This document shows, piece by piece, positions 9,124 through 18,222 of a stretch of 32,000 bases of DNA. Source of the DNA: Methanothermobacter thermautotrophicus str. Delta H. GTDB lineage: Archaea > Methanobacteriota > Methanobacteria > Methanobacteriales > Methanothermobacteraceae. The DNA lies in assembly GCF_000008645.1 (NCBI RefSeq), contig NC_000916.1:690001-722000 (forward strand), in the 5' to 3' direction. The notes under the pieces are model-generated. The model ran no database searches. It was not told where the DNA came from and worked only from the letters and a program-made list of their open reading frames with translations. Each line of letters starts with the position of its first letter. Position 1 is the stretch's first letter. The translations under genes were made by a program, and so were the position numbers.

Positions 9124-10011
9124 TCAGTTAATCCTTCTTGCAAGGGTTACAGTGCCAAGGAACCTTGTTGTGGGTATTCTGGGAATTGAGGATGCTGAAA
9201 TGTATTTTCCAAGGAACAGTATGTTATCAGGTCTTCCCCTGTATCTTCCTATGAGCCTTCCTCCATCGAAGGTTACATGGACCTTCACAGATGTTGAGTT
9301 TTTCTCTGAACGTGTCTCATAGAGCAGTATGTTTCTCCTGTTAATACCCCACCTGTCTGTTCCTGCCGCATAAACAGCGGCCTTCAGTGGGTCCCTGCTC
9401 CACCTGGAATAGTAGCCCCTCCGGTAGTATGAAGGGCTGTTCGGGACACTCAGGTATTCACCACTTTTCAACCTGAAGACTGAGAGCCTTGAATATCCCC
9501 TCCGGTAAATTGAAACTCCTGCCTGTCCACCTGGACCTCTTATAACAAAGTGACCGAGTCCCAGTCTTCTCACAAGGCTGTGGGCCCTCTTCATATCATA
9601 GGAGGTCACATTACCCCTTCTGATAATGTCACCACCAATGGACTCAAGTGCCCGGTTTATCCATACAATATCGGGCCCCCCGGCACCCATCATCCAGCCG
9701 CCCTCTGAGATTACTGTGTGGAAGAAGTAACCGTTGGTTGTCTTGTATTCCTTGAGGGTCTCCCTGCCATTCCATACCGTCCTCTGGATTTTGAGGGTCG
9801 CTGCGTAGGTCGAATCCCTCCGGTAGGCGAAGACCGCGCATGTATCATTTACGTTGACGATGACTGAACAGCAATTAGAGGTGGCTTTAATATGGGAGTG
9901 GTTACCTTTGGACCCCCATCTACTCCATGTATCATTTTCAGTGGCTGCTGAAGCCGTTCCAAGGGAGATTGCAAGGAAAATCAGAAAAGCAACCCCCCAG
10001 TATTTATTCAT
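9124..10011 (-). CDS. Secreted protein of unknown function with conserved-looking NCCS motif (possible Ntn-hydrolase-like domain)
   Basis: 295 aa; signal peptide MNKYWGVAFLIFLAISLGTASA, then ...ATSNCCSVIVNVNDTCAVFAYRRDSTYAATLKIQRTVWNGRETLKEYKTTNGYFFHTVISEGGWMMGAGG.... Confidence 0.75.
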   Translation of the reverse strand: MNKYWGVAFLIFLAISLGTASAATENDTWSRWGSKGNHSHIKATSNCCSVIVNVNDTCAVFAYRRDSTYAATLKIQRTVWNGRETLKEYKTTNGYFFHTVISEGGWMMGAGGPDIVWINRALESIGGDIIRRGNVTSYDMKRAHSLVRRLGLGHFVIRGPGGQAGVSIYRRGYSRLSVFRLKSGEYLSVPNSPSYYRRGYYSRWSRDPLKAAVYAAGTDRWGINRRNILLYETRSEKNSTSVKVHVTFDGGRLIGRYRGRPDNILFLGKYISASSIPRIPTTRFLGTVTLARRIN

Positions 10012-10235
10012 ATTACACCCCCCAAGAAATCTCTAATATTTAATTGTATTTTGATGCATATATAACCGGGTGTGTGCCGGAGGAATGGAAAAACCAACCC
10101 CTGAAAATCCTTAAGATAATTTATTTGCCTGTGGACTCGTTGATGCAGCCCACACCCACGGACTCGCTGGTGGCGGTTAATTATTTATTTGATACCATGA
10201 TAACATTCAAACATCACATTTACTGGAGGATCACC

Positions 10236-11885
10236 ATGCCTGTTATAACGTTCGATTACGATGACCTGAAGGAACTGGGCATTGATATTGATAGGGAGAA
10301 GCTCCTTGACGTTCTGCCGATGATGGGAAGTGATATAGAGGACTTTGATGACGAAAGCATTAAGGTGGAGTTTTTTCCCAACCGTCCTGACCTGCTCTCG
10401 GTTGAGGGTGTTGCAAGGAGCCTCCGCGGATTCCTTGGAATTGAAAAGGGTATGCCATCCTATGATGTCCATGACTCCGGGGTGGAGGTCACAGTAGATG
10501 AGTCTGTACTTGATGTGAGGCCATACCTTGGAATGGCCGTCATAGAGGACGTTCAGTTCACCGATAAAAAACTTAAACAGGTCATGGAGTTCCAGGAGGA
10601 CCTGCACTGGGTCATAGGCAGGGACCGCAGGAAGGTGGCCATAGGTATCCATGACCTTGACCGTGTCGAGCCACCCTTCCTCTACAGTGGCGTTGAACCG
10701 GAGGGAGTCACATTCACACCCCTTGACAGTGTATGTGAAATGACACCCCATGAAATACTCGAGGAGCACCCCAAGGGTGTCAGTTACGCCCACCTCCTCC
10801 GGGACCATGACCGTTACCCCCTGATAACAGATAAGAATGGGGACGTTCTCTCCATGCCCCCCATAATAAATGGGGAGCTCACCAAGTTAACCGTGAACAC
10901 CCGCAGAATACTTGTGGATGTCACAGGAACCGATGATAGGGCTGTCAGACAGACCCTGAATATCATATGCACATCCTTTGCAGAGGCGGGTGGAAGGATA
11001 GGCTCGGTGAGGGTTAAGCGTCCTGATGGAGAGCTGCATCTACCAGACCTCACACCACGTGAGATGAGGGTATCTGTCTCAGAAGCCTCACGGATAACCG
11101 GACTTGAACTCAGTGCAGATGAGGTCATGGATCTCCTCATGAAGGCCCGGATGGACGCCCGGAGGACCTCAGATGATGAGGTGGTTGCGGTTATACCCGC
11201 CTACCGGGTGGATATACTCCACGAGGTTGACCTTGTTGAGAACATAGCTGTGCAGCACTGCATAGGGAGGATTGAACCCGAACTTCCTGATATAGCGACC
11301 ATTGCAGAGGAGGACACCTGGAGCAGGGCAGACGCGTCTATAAGGGAGGTCATGGTGGGCCTCGGATTCCAGGAGGTTATGAGCCTCATGTTAACCAGTG
11401 AGGAGAGCCACTACAGGAGGATGAGGCTTGAGGAGGATGAAAGGGTTGAGGTTGCCCAGCCCATTTCCCAAGACAGGACCATGATCCGCAAGAGTCTGCT
11501 CAACGGCCTCCTTGAGTTCTTCGAGGACAACAAGCACGAGGATCTTCCACAGAAGATATTCGAGGTCGGGGATGTGGTGTACATTAACCCTGAATCTGAG
11601 ACCCGTAGCAGGGTCGTTACGAAGCTTGCATGCGCAGTCACGCACTCCAGTGCAGGTTTCACCGAGATAAAGTCCCTTGCAGCGGCTGTGGTTGAGAACC
11701 TCGGTTACGAGTTCAGGATAGAGCCCCTTGAACACCCATCCTTCATAGAGGGAAGATGTGCAGCCATAGAATCTGAGGGCAAATCCTCAGCCATAGGTGG
11801 ATTCTTCGGTGAGGTCCATCCTGAGGTTGTAACAAACTTCAACCTGGAATATCCTGTTATTGCACTTGAAATCGAATTTAAGTAG
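10236..11885 (+). CDS. pheT: Phenylalanyl-tRNA synthetase beta subunit
   Basis: Starts [15 protein letters not shown] after GGAGG SD; contains [25 protein letters not shown] and a B5-like domain [19 protein letters not shown]. The upstream 64 aa of the track ORF is judged non-coding. Confidence 0.94.
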
Positions 11886-11906
11886 AAATAAATGGAATAT
11901 GAACTT

Positions 11907-12320
11907 TCAGGGCTTTCCAGCCACTGATACCCTTATCCTTCTGTTTCTGGGTCCGTCGAGTTCTGCGAAGAAGATGCTCTGCCAGGTCCCAAGGTCCATT
12001 GATCCGTTGATAACCGGAACCGTCTGGCTTCCCCCGAGGAGCACGGCCCTCAGATGGGAGTCGGCATTGTTGTCAATGGCGTTGTGTCCATAGGATGCAT
12101 CCACCGGTACGGTGCCCTCAAGCATGGATTCAATGTCGCTGAGGAGTCTGCTTTCATTTTCATTTATGAATATCGCTGATGTTGAATGCCTTGAGAAGAC
12201 ATTCAGTATGCCGTTCCTTATCCCTGAGGACTCAAGAACACCCGAGACCATGGAGGTTATGTCAATGAGCTCAACCCTTCGGGATGTCCTCAGGGGGAGT
12301 TCCTGTGTATAGACTTCCAT
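11907..12320 (-). CDS. YjbQ/UPF0047 family protein (secondary thiamine-phosphate synthase-like)
   Basis: GILNVFSRHSTSAIFINENE and HNAIDNNADSHLRAVLLGGSQTVPVINGSMDLGTWQSIFFAELDGPRNRRI are family signatures. Start at MEVYTQELPL preferred over 12338. Confidence 0.88.
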   Translation of the reverse strand: MEVYTQELPLRTSRRVELIDITSMVSGVLESSGIRNGILNVFSRHSTSAIFINENESRLLSDIESMLEGTVPVDASYGHNAIDNNADSHLRAVLLGGSQTVPVINGSMDLGTWQSIFFAELDGPRNRRIRVSVAGKP

Positions 12321-12469
12321 AAAAACACCACATTTCATTTATGTCCCTCATTTTAATAAAAGCTTCACCCGGGAAAGTGTGGAGTGAAGGGGATAGTGCG
12401 GGATTCTGATGGGACTGGAGCTGGATAATTGATGGATCAGTCTGAAGCGAATACTAGCCGCATTGCTGG

Positions 12470-13597
12470 CTACTTCAGCACCCCTGAAAATAGGCCTGTG
12501 AACCTGTAAAGGAGACTCCTGTCCTGATAGAATGCTGCGTGTGGACATACCTCCATGCAGCAGAGACAGTTGATGCAGCGGGAATAATCGAACTCCGGTA
12601 TGACTGCACCCGCCTTCAGAGCCTCAACCGGGCAGCTCTCAACACAGACATTGCAGTTCCTGCACCTCTCAGGGTCTATGGCAGGTCTCGACCACCAGAG
12701 CTTCCTGATGGCGCGTGCAAGGCCCGATGGTAGGAGGTCAAGGGTGTAATAGATGTTTGATGGCCACCTGAAGTCATCCACCCTTTCAGGTTCATACCCT
12801 GCAATTTCAAGTTCGGCAGGATCCGGGGCGAGTCCCTCTCTCCTGGCGGCCTCATTAACAGGGACCCTGAAGGGGTCCATGCCCAGTAGCCAGGGGATGT
12901 ATACGTCAAGTGCAATGGCATCCTCTGATGCCAGGATGATTCCAAGGTCCCTGGGGTCTCCCCCCGATGGACCGTTTCCCTCCATCCCGACAACCCCATC
13001 AACCAGGGTGAGGGCTGGTTCTGTAAGGAGGTAAATTTCAAGGAGCCTCCTTGCGAACTCGGATGGTCTGGGGTGCTCCCTGTGATAATCCGCCTTCCCG
13101 AATCCAGGCACTGCACCGTACATGTTCTTAACGGCACATGTGAATATGGTCATGCTGTGGGTTTTCAGCTTGGGGAGGTTGACGACAAGGTCACTGTCCA
13201 CCACCGGCCTTGAAATGGGATATCCTGAACCCATAATGTATGATCCAGAGGCCTCAAAATTCACTGGTTCAATATCCAGTCTCCTGCACACATCAAGTAT
13301 GCCTGTGGCCCTCCAGAATCTTTCTATATTCCTGAATGAACCACCGGGGCTGTCACCTATGGATACCTCAGCCCCAAGGTCCAGAAATACCTCTGCCACA
13401 GCCTCGATGACTGATGGGTGGGTTGTGACGTGCCTCTCCGGTGATGCTGCCATGAGCATGTTCGGTTTAAGGAGAACCCTGTCCCCACTGGATGCGAACC
13501 TCCTGGCTCCTCCCAGAAGTTCAATACACTCAGTGACCGACTCCCTTACCTCCTCAGGGTCATAGGAATGGCACTCTGATACCGCTATCCCCTTCAT
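12470..13597 (-). CDS. DUF362 domain protein with C-terminal 2x[4Fe-4S] ferredoxin module
   Basis: RVLLKPNMLMAASPERHVTTHPSVIEAVAE, NLPKLKTHSMTIFTCAVKNMYGAVPG, GMEGNGPSGG, and CRNCNVCVESCP...CINCLCCMEVCP. Confidence 0.85.
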   Translation of the reverse strand: MKGIAVSECHSYDPEEVRESVTECIELLGGARRFASSGDRVLLKPNMLMAASPERHVTTHPSVIEAVAEVFLDLGAEVSIGDSPGGSFRNIERFWRATGILDVCRRLDIEPVNFEASGSYIMGSGYPISRPVVDSDLVVNLPKLKTHSMTIFTCAVKNMYGAVPGFGKADYHREHPRPSEFARRLLEIYLLTEPALTLVDGVVGMEGNGPSGGDPRDLGIILASEDAIALDVYIPWLLGMDPFRVPVNEAARREGLAPDPAELEIAGYEPERVDDFRWPSNIYYTLDLLPSGLARAIRKLWWSRPAIDPERCRNCNVCVESCPVEALKAGAVIPEFDYSRCINCLCCMEVCPHAAFYQDRSLLYRFTGLFSGVLK

Positions 13598-13638
13598 CTT
13601 TCAGATGCTCCAGAAAAAATAGAAGTGGTCAGGGATGT

Positions 13639-14601
13639 TTAAAGTCCGAAGGATTTCATGAGGAGCTCTTCATTGACAAATCCTGCCCTGAAGACATCTC
13701 CTGTCCTGAGGTCATTTATAACGACCTCTGCAGGTGCAAACATTCCCTTATCTATCTTGTAGAAGTCGTAGTCGGCCTCCCTGAAGACATCATAGAAGGG
13801 TTTACCATAACCCTCAGATGCAGATGATGGGAGGTTCTCTGCCAGGGATTTTATGTCATCTCCTTCCTCGGATTCTATGTAATAGTAGGTCCTTCCGCCG
13901 AAGAGGACTGCATCATTGGTTTTACCCATGGCCTTAAGACTGTCAGGGTCAACCGGGGCTATTGGTGCTATACCGGCAGCATATTTGACCTTGTTAACAT
14001 CGAAGTGGAGTGCCTCAAGCATCTTGTAGGTACCGTTTTCAACCACACGGCCTGAGATCTGTATTGAACCAACCAGGGATGATGTTGGGGCCACCAGGAC
14101 GTATACGTTCTCTGCTGCCACGTCACACTCCTCTGCAATCATGTCTGTGACATCCTCACCAGGGAGTTTATCTGCCTCAAGGGTGAGTATTGCAACATCT
14201 GCCTCATCCTGGTATCCTATCTCCTCATAGGTCTCTGCAGGTTTCAGGGAGAGGGCCCTTGCAGGTCCGGAACCCAGTGCAAAGAAGTCGCCCACACTGA
14301 CTGACCATCCAGCCTTCTGGGCTCCCAGTGTTGATATGGCAGGGAAGTCTGTCTTTATCTTAACGGATGGAAGTGCGAACCTCTCTGAAAGGTCGCCGGG
14401 TATGGAGATCCCAACATCTGCAAGTCCTCCCAGGCAGACACCTGTGTAGAGTTCACCTGCCTTGATGCTGCCGTCAACGTTAACTCCGCAGTCGATGACT
14501 GTTGAACCATTTTCAAGTTTATCGACCTTTATTTTAAGGTCGTCTGCCTTTTCAATCATTCTGTCAACTATCTTCTTTGCCTCAAGGTTTACACTTACCA
14601 T
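13639..14601 (-). CDS. mch: Methenyltetrahydromethanopterin cyclohydrolase
   Basis: 320 aa; MVSVNLEAKKIVDRMIEKADDLKIKV..., GVNVDGSIKAGELYTGVCLGGLADV, STLGAQKAGWSVSVGDFFALGSGPARAL are diagnostic for Mch. Confidence 0.95.
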   Translation of the reverse strand: MVSVNLEAKKIVDRMIEKADDLKIKVDKLENGSTVIDCGVNVDGSIKAGELYTGVCLGGLADVGISIPGDLSERFALPSVKIKTDFPAISTLGAQKAGWSVSVGDFFALGSGPARALSLKPAETYEEIGYQDEADVAILTLEADKLPGEDVTDMIAEECDVAAENVYVLVAPTSSLVGSIQISGRVVENGTYKMLEALHFDVNKVKYAAGIAPIAPVDPDSLKAMGKTNDAVLFGGRTYYYIESEEGDDIKSLAENLPSSASEGYGKPFYDVFREADYDFYKIDKGMFAPAEVVINDLRTGDVFRAGFVNEELLMKSFGL

Positions 14602-15263
14602 TTGATCACCTCTTCTGCTTCTTTGAAGTTAACCTCATATATATGAGCGCTAATTGAGTGGATGGTTATGTGACCCACCTCAACACCCACCTCTGCTGCG
14701 ACGTGATCAGCAAGATAGGCAAGGCCCACAGCATTTGGGAACCATGCCCCGTAGATGTCATGGCTGCGCCAGAGGGCCGTTGTGAAGAGCCTCCCATCCC
14801 TTATCTTGAAGTCAACGAGGATCATGCAGGGGACCTCATCACTCGCAGTGTCTTCAGGAGGATCCCAGGTTACCATGGTGGCCCTTCTTGATTCTGTGCA
14901 GTTTTTAAGTCTCCTTATGGCCTCATCCAGCTGGTCCACTCCGAAGTGTGCCCTCAGGCGGTTTCCGTAGGTGTAGACAAATCCCTTCCTGTCCCCTGAG
15001 AGGAACTGTTCAGAGTACTTCTCAAGTTTTTCACCGCTCCAGAAGTAGCCCTCAGGGACCTTTATGTTGAGCAGCGAACCCCTCCTGATATGGTAAAAGT
15101 CATCTGATTTGCCGAGGGGCTTCTTTATGGTCACAACGGTGTTCATGACCTCCCTTGTAAGGGATCCCCTTTCATCCCTTATCTCCCGCCCATCATGCAT
15201 TATCTTCTCAACGAGTTTCTTCCAGCCATCTGCAATTTCATTGACTTCTATACTGTAGGCCAT
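14595..15263 (-). CDS. thyA: Archaeal-type thymidylate synthase
   Basis: KKPLGKSDDFYHIRRGSLLNIKVPEGYFWSG..., YTYGNRLRAHFGVDQLDEAI, RRATMVTWDPPEDTASDEVPCMILVDFKIRDGRL, RSHDIYGAWFPNAVGL. Starts at 15263/15266 sit after a GAGGGTG SD; the track uses TTG at 15278. Confidence 0.88.
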   Translation of the reverse strand: MAYSIEVNEIADGWKKLVEKIMHDGREIRDERGSLTREVMNTVVTIKKPLGKSDDFYHIRRGSLLNIKVPEGYFWSGEKLEKYSEQFLSGDRKGFVYTYGNRLRAHFGVDQLDEAIRRLKNCTESRRATMVTWDPPEDTASDEVPCMILVDFKIRDGRLFTTALWRSHDIYGAWFPNAVGLAYLADHVAAEVGVEVGHITIHSISAHIYEVNFKEAEEVIKW

Positions 15264-15274
15264 CATGAACACCC

Positions 15275-16201
15275 TCAATTACCTGCTGCCATCACCATGT
15301 TGCGGAGTTTGCTGAAGGCCGCCTTCCTCGGGAGTTTCCTCATTCCGCAGTCAGGGTCGATGTAGAGGTTCTCCTCTCCAACTATATCAGCACCCCTTTT
15401 AATAAGGTTTCTTATCTCCTCCATGGATTCAACCCTCTCGGTTGTGGTATCCACACATCCAAATCCTACCCCCTTATCACCCCTCCATTTCTCCTCAAGG
15501 ACCTCCAGGTTGGATGGTCTTCCCGCGAATTCAAGGTCCAGGACATCAACCTTAAATCTGAGCAGATCAGAGAGCACATTCCTTATGTCTCCACACACAT
15601 GCAGTGAGACCTCAATGTCCAGGCCGGCTGCAATGTGATCTATGGCCCTCCCTGCTGTTTTCATGTCAACAATTCCCGTTGAGAGGAAGGGTTCATCTAT
15701 CTGTATCATTGCAGCCCCTGCATCCTGGAGGTGCTTTGCCTCTATTTTAAGAACTCCTGCCATGTCCATGACAGCCCGATCCCTCTTCTGGGGGTCGTAG
15801 AACCCCTCTATCCTGGATGCGTAGATCATGGTGGATGGTCCGGTTATTATGCCCTTAACACCCCTTGATTCATCATCTGTGAGGCCCCTTAAAATCCGGT
15901 ATGCATATCTGAGGTCAGCTGCTCCTATGGAACCTGCAGGCGGTGTTATCCTTGAGTATATGATTGATGTGCCGTCCTCGATCTTCATGCCTCCAATTGC
16001 CGCTGCGAAGTGTCCCACCATGTCGCCACGAACCTGTCCATCCGAGATTATATCAACTCCCGCCCTGAACTGGTCCCTCACAGCAGCCTCTATGGCCGGT
16101 CTGTATCTATCGTAGGAGCCAAAAAAATTCAGCAGACGTTCACCCAGTGTCTCAGGACCCCTGGGTTCTGTGGGGTAGCTTCCAACAACTGTTGTGATCA
16201 C
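15275..16201 (-). CDS. Archaeal MetE-core methionine synthase (methylcobamide:homocysteine methyltransferase type)
   Basis: VITTVVGSYPTEPRGPETLGERL, DIISDGQVRGDMVGHFA, MIQIDEPFLSTG, SLHVCGD, FGCVDTTTERVES. GTG at 16201 follows GAGGGTGAT; the track starts at 16231. Confidence 0.88.
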   Translation of the reverse strand: MITTVVGSYPTEPRGPETLGERLLNFFGSYDRYRPAIEAAVRDQFRAGVDIISDGQVRGDMVGHFAAAIGGMKIEDGTSIIYSRITPPAGSIGAADLRYAYRILRGLTDDESRGVKGIITGPSTMIYASRIEGFYDPQKRDRAVMDMAGVLKIEAKHLQDAGAAMIQIDEPFLSTGIVDMKTAGRAIDHIAAGLDIEVSLHVCGDIRNVLSDLLRFKVDVLDLEFAGRPSNLEVLEEKWRGDKGVGFGCVDTTTERVESMEEIRNLIKRGADIVGEENLYIDPDCGMRKLPRKAAFSKLRNMVMAAGN

Positions 16202-16211
16202 ACCATCACCC

Positions 16212-16517
16212 TCAGGGTTCTGCCACCTCAAGGATCCTCTCTATCTCCTCTGGATCAACCGGGAGCTCAACCACGGCTGTACCGTAGCATGGCTTGGTGT
16301 ATGGTATCATGACGGTTGATCTTTCCTCATCTATACCGATGGGTACGGGTGGTATGCCGATTATCCTTGCGCCGAGGATCTTCTCACCGGGCTTTATGTG
16401 GACGACCCTCCGTGCCTTCTTTTCTATCATTGCTGCACATTCCCTGAAACCGGCCCTCTTCATGTGGATCTCATATTCCCCTGACTGCTGCAGATAGGTC
16501 TCCAGGCAGAACGTCAT
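16212..16517 (-). CDS. Conserved methanogen protein, DUF1894-like
   Basis: 101 aa; MTFCLETYLQQSGEYEIHMKRAGFRECAAMIEKKARRVVHIKPGEKILGARIIGIPPVPIGI.... Start shares ATGA with the upstream gene's stop. Family assignment recalled from knowledge. Confidence 0.7.
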   Translation of the reverse strand: MTFCLETYLQQSGEYEIHMKRAGFRECAAMIEKKARRVVHIKPGEKILGARIIGIPPVPIGIDEERSTVMIPYTKPCYGTAVVELPVDPEEIERILEVAEP

Positions 16518-16987
16518 GGTTTCTCCTCCATGAACCTGTCTATCCTCACCCGCAGGGGTGCAGGGTTGTGGTGTGCCCTTGCAGCAATGATCTCCGCGTC
16601 AAGGGTCTCCATTATTTCATTAACGAGTTCTTCAAGGACATCTGCGTCCCTATCAAAGATTATTGCCAGGGTCTCTGTATTCAGTATCCCTGCAAAGGTC
16701 ACAAGGTATGCTGCTGCAGCATCGTTGGGTACAAAGCCTGCGAGGAATTCGTAGTCACCCTCAGCTAATTCGTTGATGCATGATTCAAGGTCCACCATTT
16801 CATCCGTGTAGATACCCTCAGGGTCAGCAACCTGGACAAGCCTGAGTGCGGCTGGATTGGCTGTTACAGTAACCCTGAAACCCTTCTTTTTGAGTTTATG
16901 TGATGTGTATATTGCCAGGGGGATCTGAACCGGTGATTCCGGGCATCCCAGTACCATTAAAGCCTTCCCTGTTGATTCCGTTTTCAT
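16514..16987 (-). CDS. Conserved methanogen protein, DUF1890-like (Rossmann-like)
   Basis: 157 aa; MKTESTGKALMVLGCPESPVQIPLAIYTSHKLKKKGFRVTVTANPAALRLVQVADPEG.... Family assignment recalled, not searched. Confidence 0.75.
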   Translation of the reverse strand: MKTESTGKALMVLGCPESPVQIPLAIYTSHKLKKKGFRVTVTANPAALRLVQVADPEGIYTDEMVDLESCINELAEGDYEFLAGFVPNDAAAAYLVTFAGILNTETLAIIFDRDADVLEELVNEIMETLDAEIIAARAHHNPAPLRVRIDRFMEEKP

Positions 16988-17035
16988 GATTATCTCCCCA
17001 TTATGGGTTCTTGATCATTCACCAGCTGGGACCGC

Positions 17036-18154
17036 CTACTCCTTCAGCCCGACAGAGTTTGCAAATATGAGTGAGCTGAGGAAGATGAAGGTCAGGAGGG
17101 CTGTCCCGTTTATTGTCCTGTTTATCACGAAGAGTCCTATTATGGCCTGCGACATGAAGGCTGCGAGGGCCCCTGTCAGCAGAACCTCCCTTCCAAGGTA
17201 GCTTCTTGAGCCATTTTCACGCCTTTCACGGTATATGCTGAGCATCCTCAATCCCATTATAATGATACCCACACACCAGATTAGAAGGAAGAACATGGTA
17301 ATGTATCCAAAGTCATAGGCCCACCCAAATACTCCAGGCACCATGTAATCTATCACGTCCTTCTTGTTGACGAGTATGCCATAGAAAACCGGGAAGGGCA
17401 GACCAAAGAAGAGTATGAGCTGAAGTGGAAGTGAAATGTATCCATCGGCAAATCCACTTGAGAGTTCACCCCAGTAGGAAGACATTGGATTATGACCCAG
17501 GAGGGTGGTGTTCTTGATGACAAGTTTCATGCTCGGGAGTGAAAATGTTTCGAGTCTCTCTATACGTAGAAGAGGGCTTAGAACAGTCATCCCCAGTACC
17601 CTTGAGATTAACTCAAGGCCCCCGAATCCAGCCACTGCTATTAATGCAAAGCCGGCGACCCGCTTAACCGTGATGAGGGACCTCTGCCTCATGGACTTTG
17701 ATATTATGAAAAGTCCCATAAAAAGGCCCAGAAGCCATAGAAGGAGGAACGATCTGTGCATAAGACCCCCAAAGAGGGTTATGCCCGCCATGAGCAGGTA
17801 AACAAAACCTCTAAGGCCCCTCACATCAACCCCTGATTCCTCCATGATTGCAAGGGCTGCAAGGGATGATACTGTCACAAGCAGGGCTATTGGGCCAAAT
17901 GGGTGGGTGAACTCACTCTGACCGAATGACATGAAGAGTGCAACAACGTCAAGTCCGAAGATTATGTTGAATCCTATTCCAAGGACTATGCAGATGAATA
18001 GAACCATGCTGAGGGACATTGGTGCAAGGTTGAGTATGAAAACCATTGCTGCGTAGAGTATTATGCCAACCTCAATTATGAGCTGAAGGTGATTCTGTGC
18101 TATAAGGGCCAATTTAATCCTCCAGAGATGTTGATGATAGGGGACTGCAAACAT
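17036..18154 (-). CDS. Multi-pass membrane protein of unknown function (start uncertain)
   Basis: 372 aa, many hydrophobic segments (LIIEVGIILYAAMVFILNLAP..., FVYLLMAGITLFGG..., LLLWLLGLFMGLFII...). Confidence 0.7.
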   Translation of the reverse strand: MFAVPYHQHLWRIKLALIAQNHLQLIIEVGIILYAAMVFILNLAPMSLSMVLFICIVLGIGFNIIFGLDVVALFMSFGQSEFTHPFGPIALLVTVSSLAALAIMEESGVDVRGLRGFVYLLMAGITLFGGLMHRSFLLLWLLGLFMGLFIISKSMRQRSLITVKRVAGFALIAVAGFGGLELISRVLGMTVLSPLLRIERLETFSLPSMKLVIKNTTLLGHNPMSSYWGELSSGFADGYISLPLQLILFFGLPFPVFYGILVNKKDVIDYMVPGVFGWAYDFGYITMFFLLIWCVGIIIMGLRMLSIYRERRENGSRSYLGREVLLTGALAAFMSQAIIGLFVINRTINGTALLTFIFLSSLIFANSVGLKE

Positions 18155-18222
18155 GTTTCAGGGCAAAAATCCGGACCCTGAAACCAGAGATATGGGGTTG
18201 CAACTAGATCATATATTGAGGG

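Noticed and set aside
10044-10235. 64 aa N-terminal extension of the pheT ORF
   Set aside because: [15 protein letters not shown] at 10236 follows a good GGAGG SD and matches a normal PheT N terminus; the extension contains leader repeats instead.
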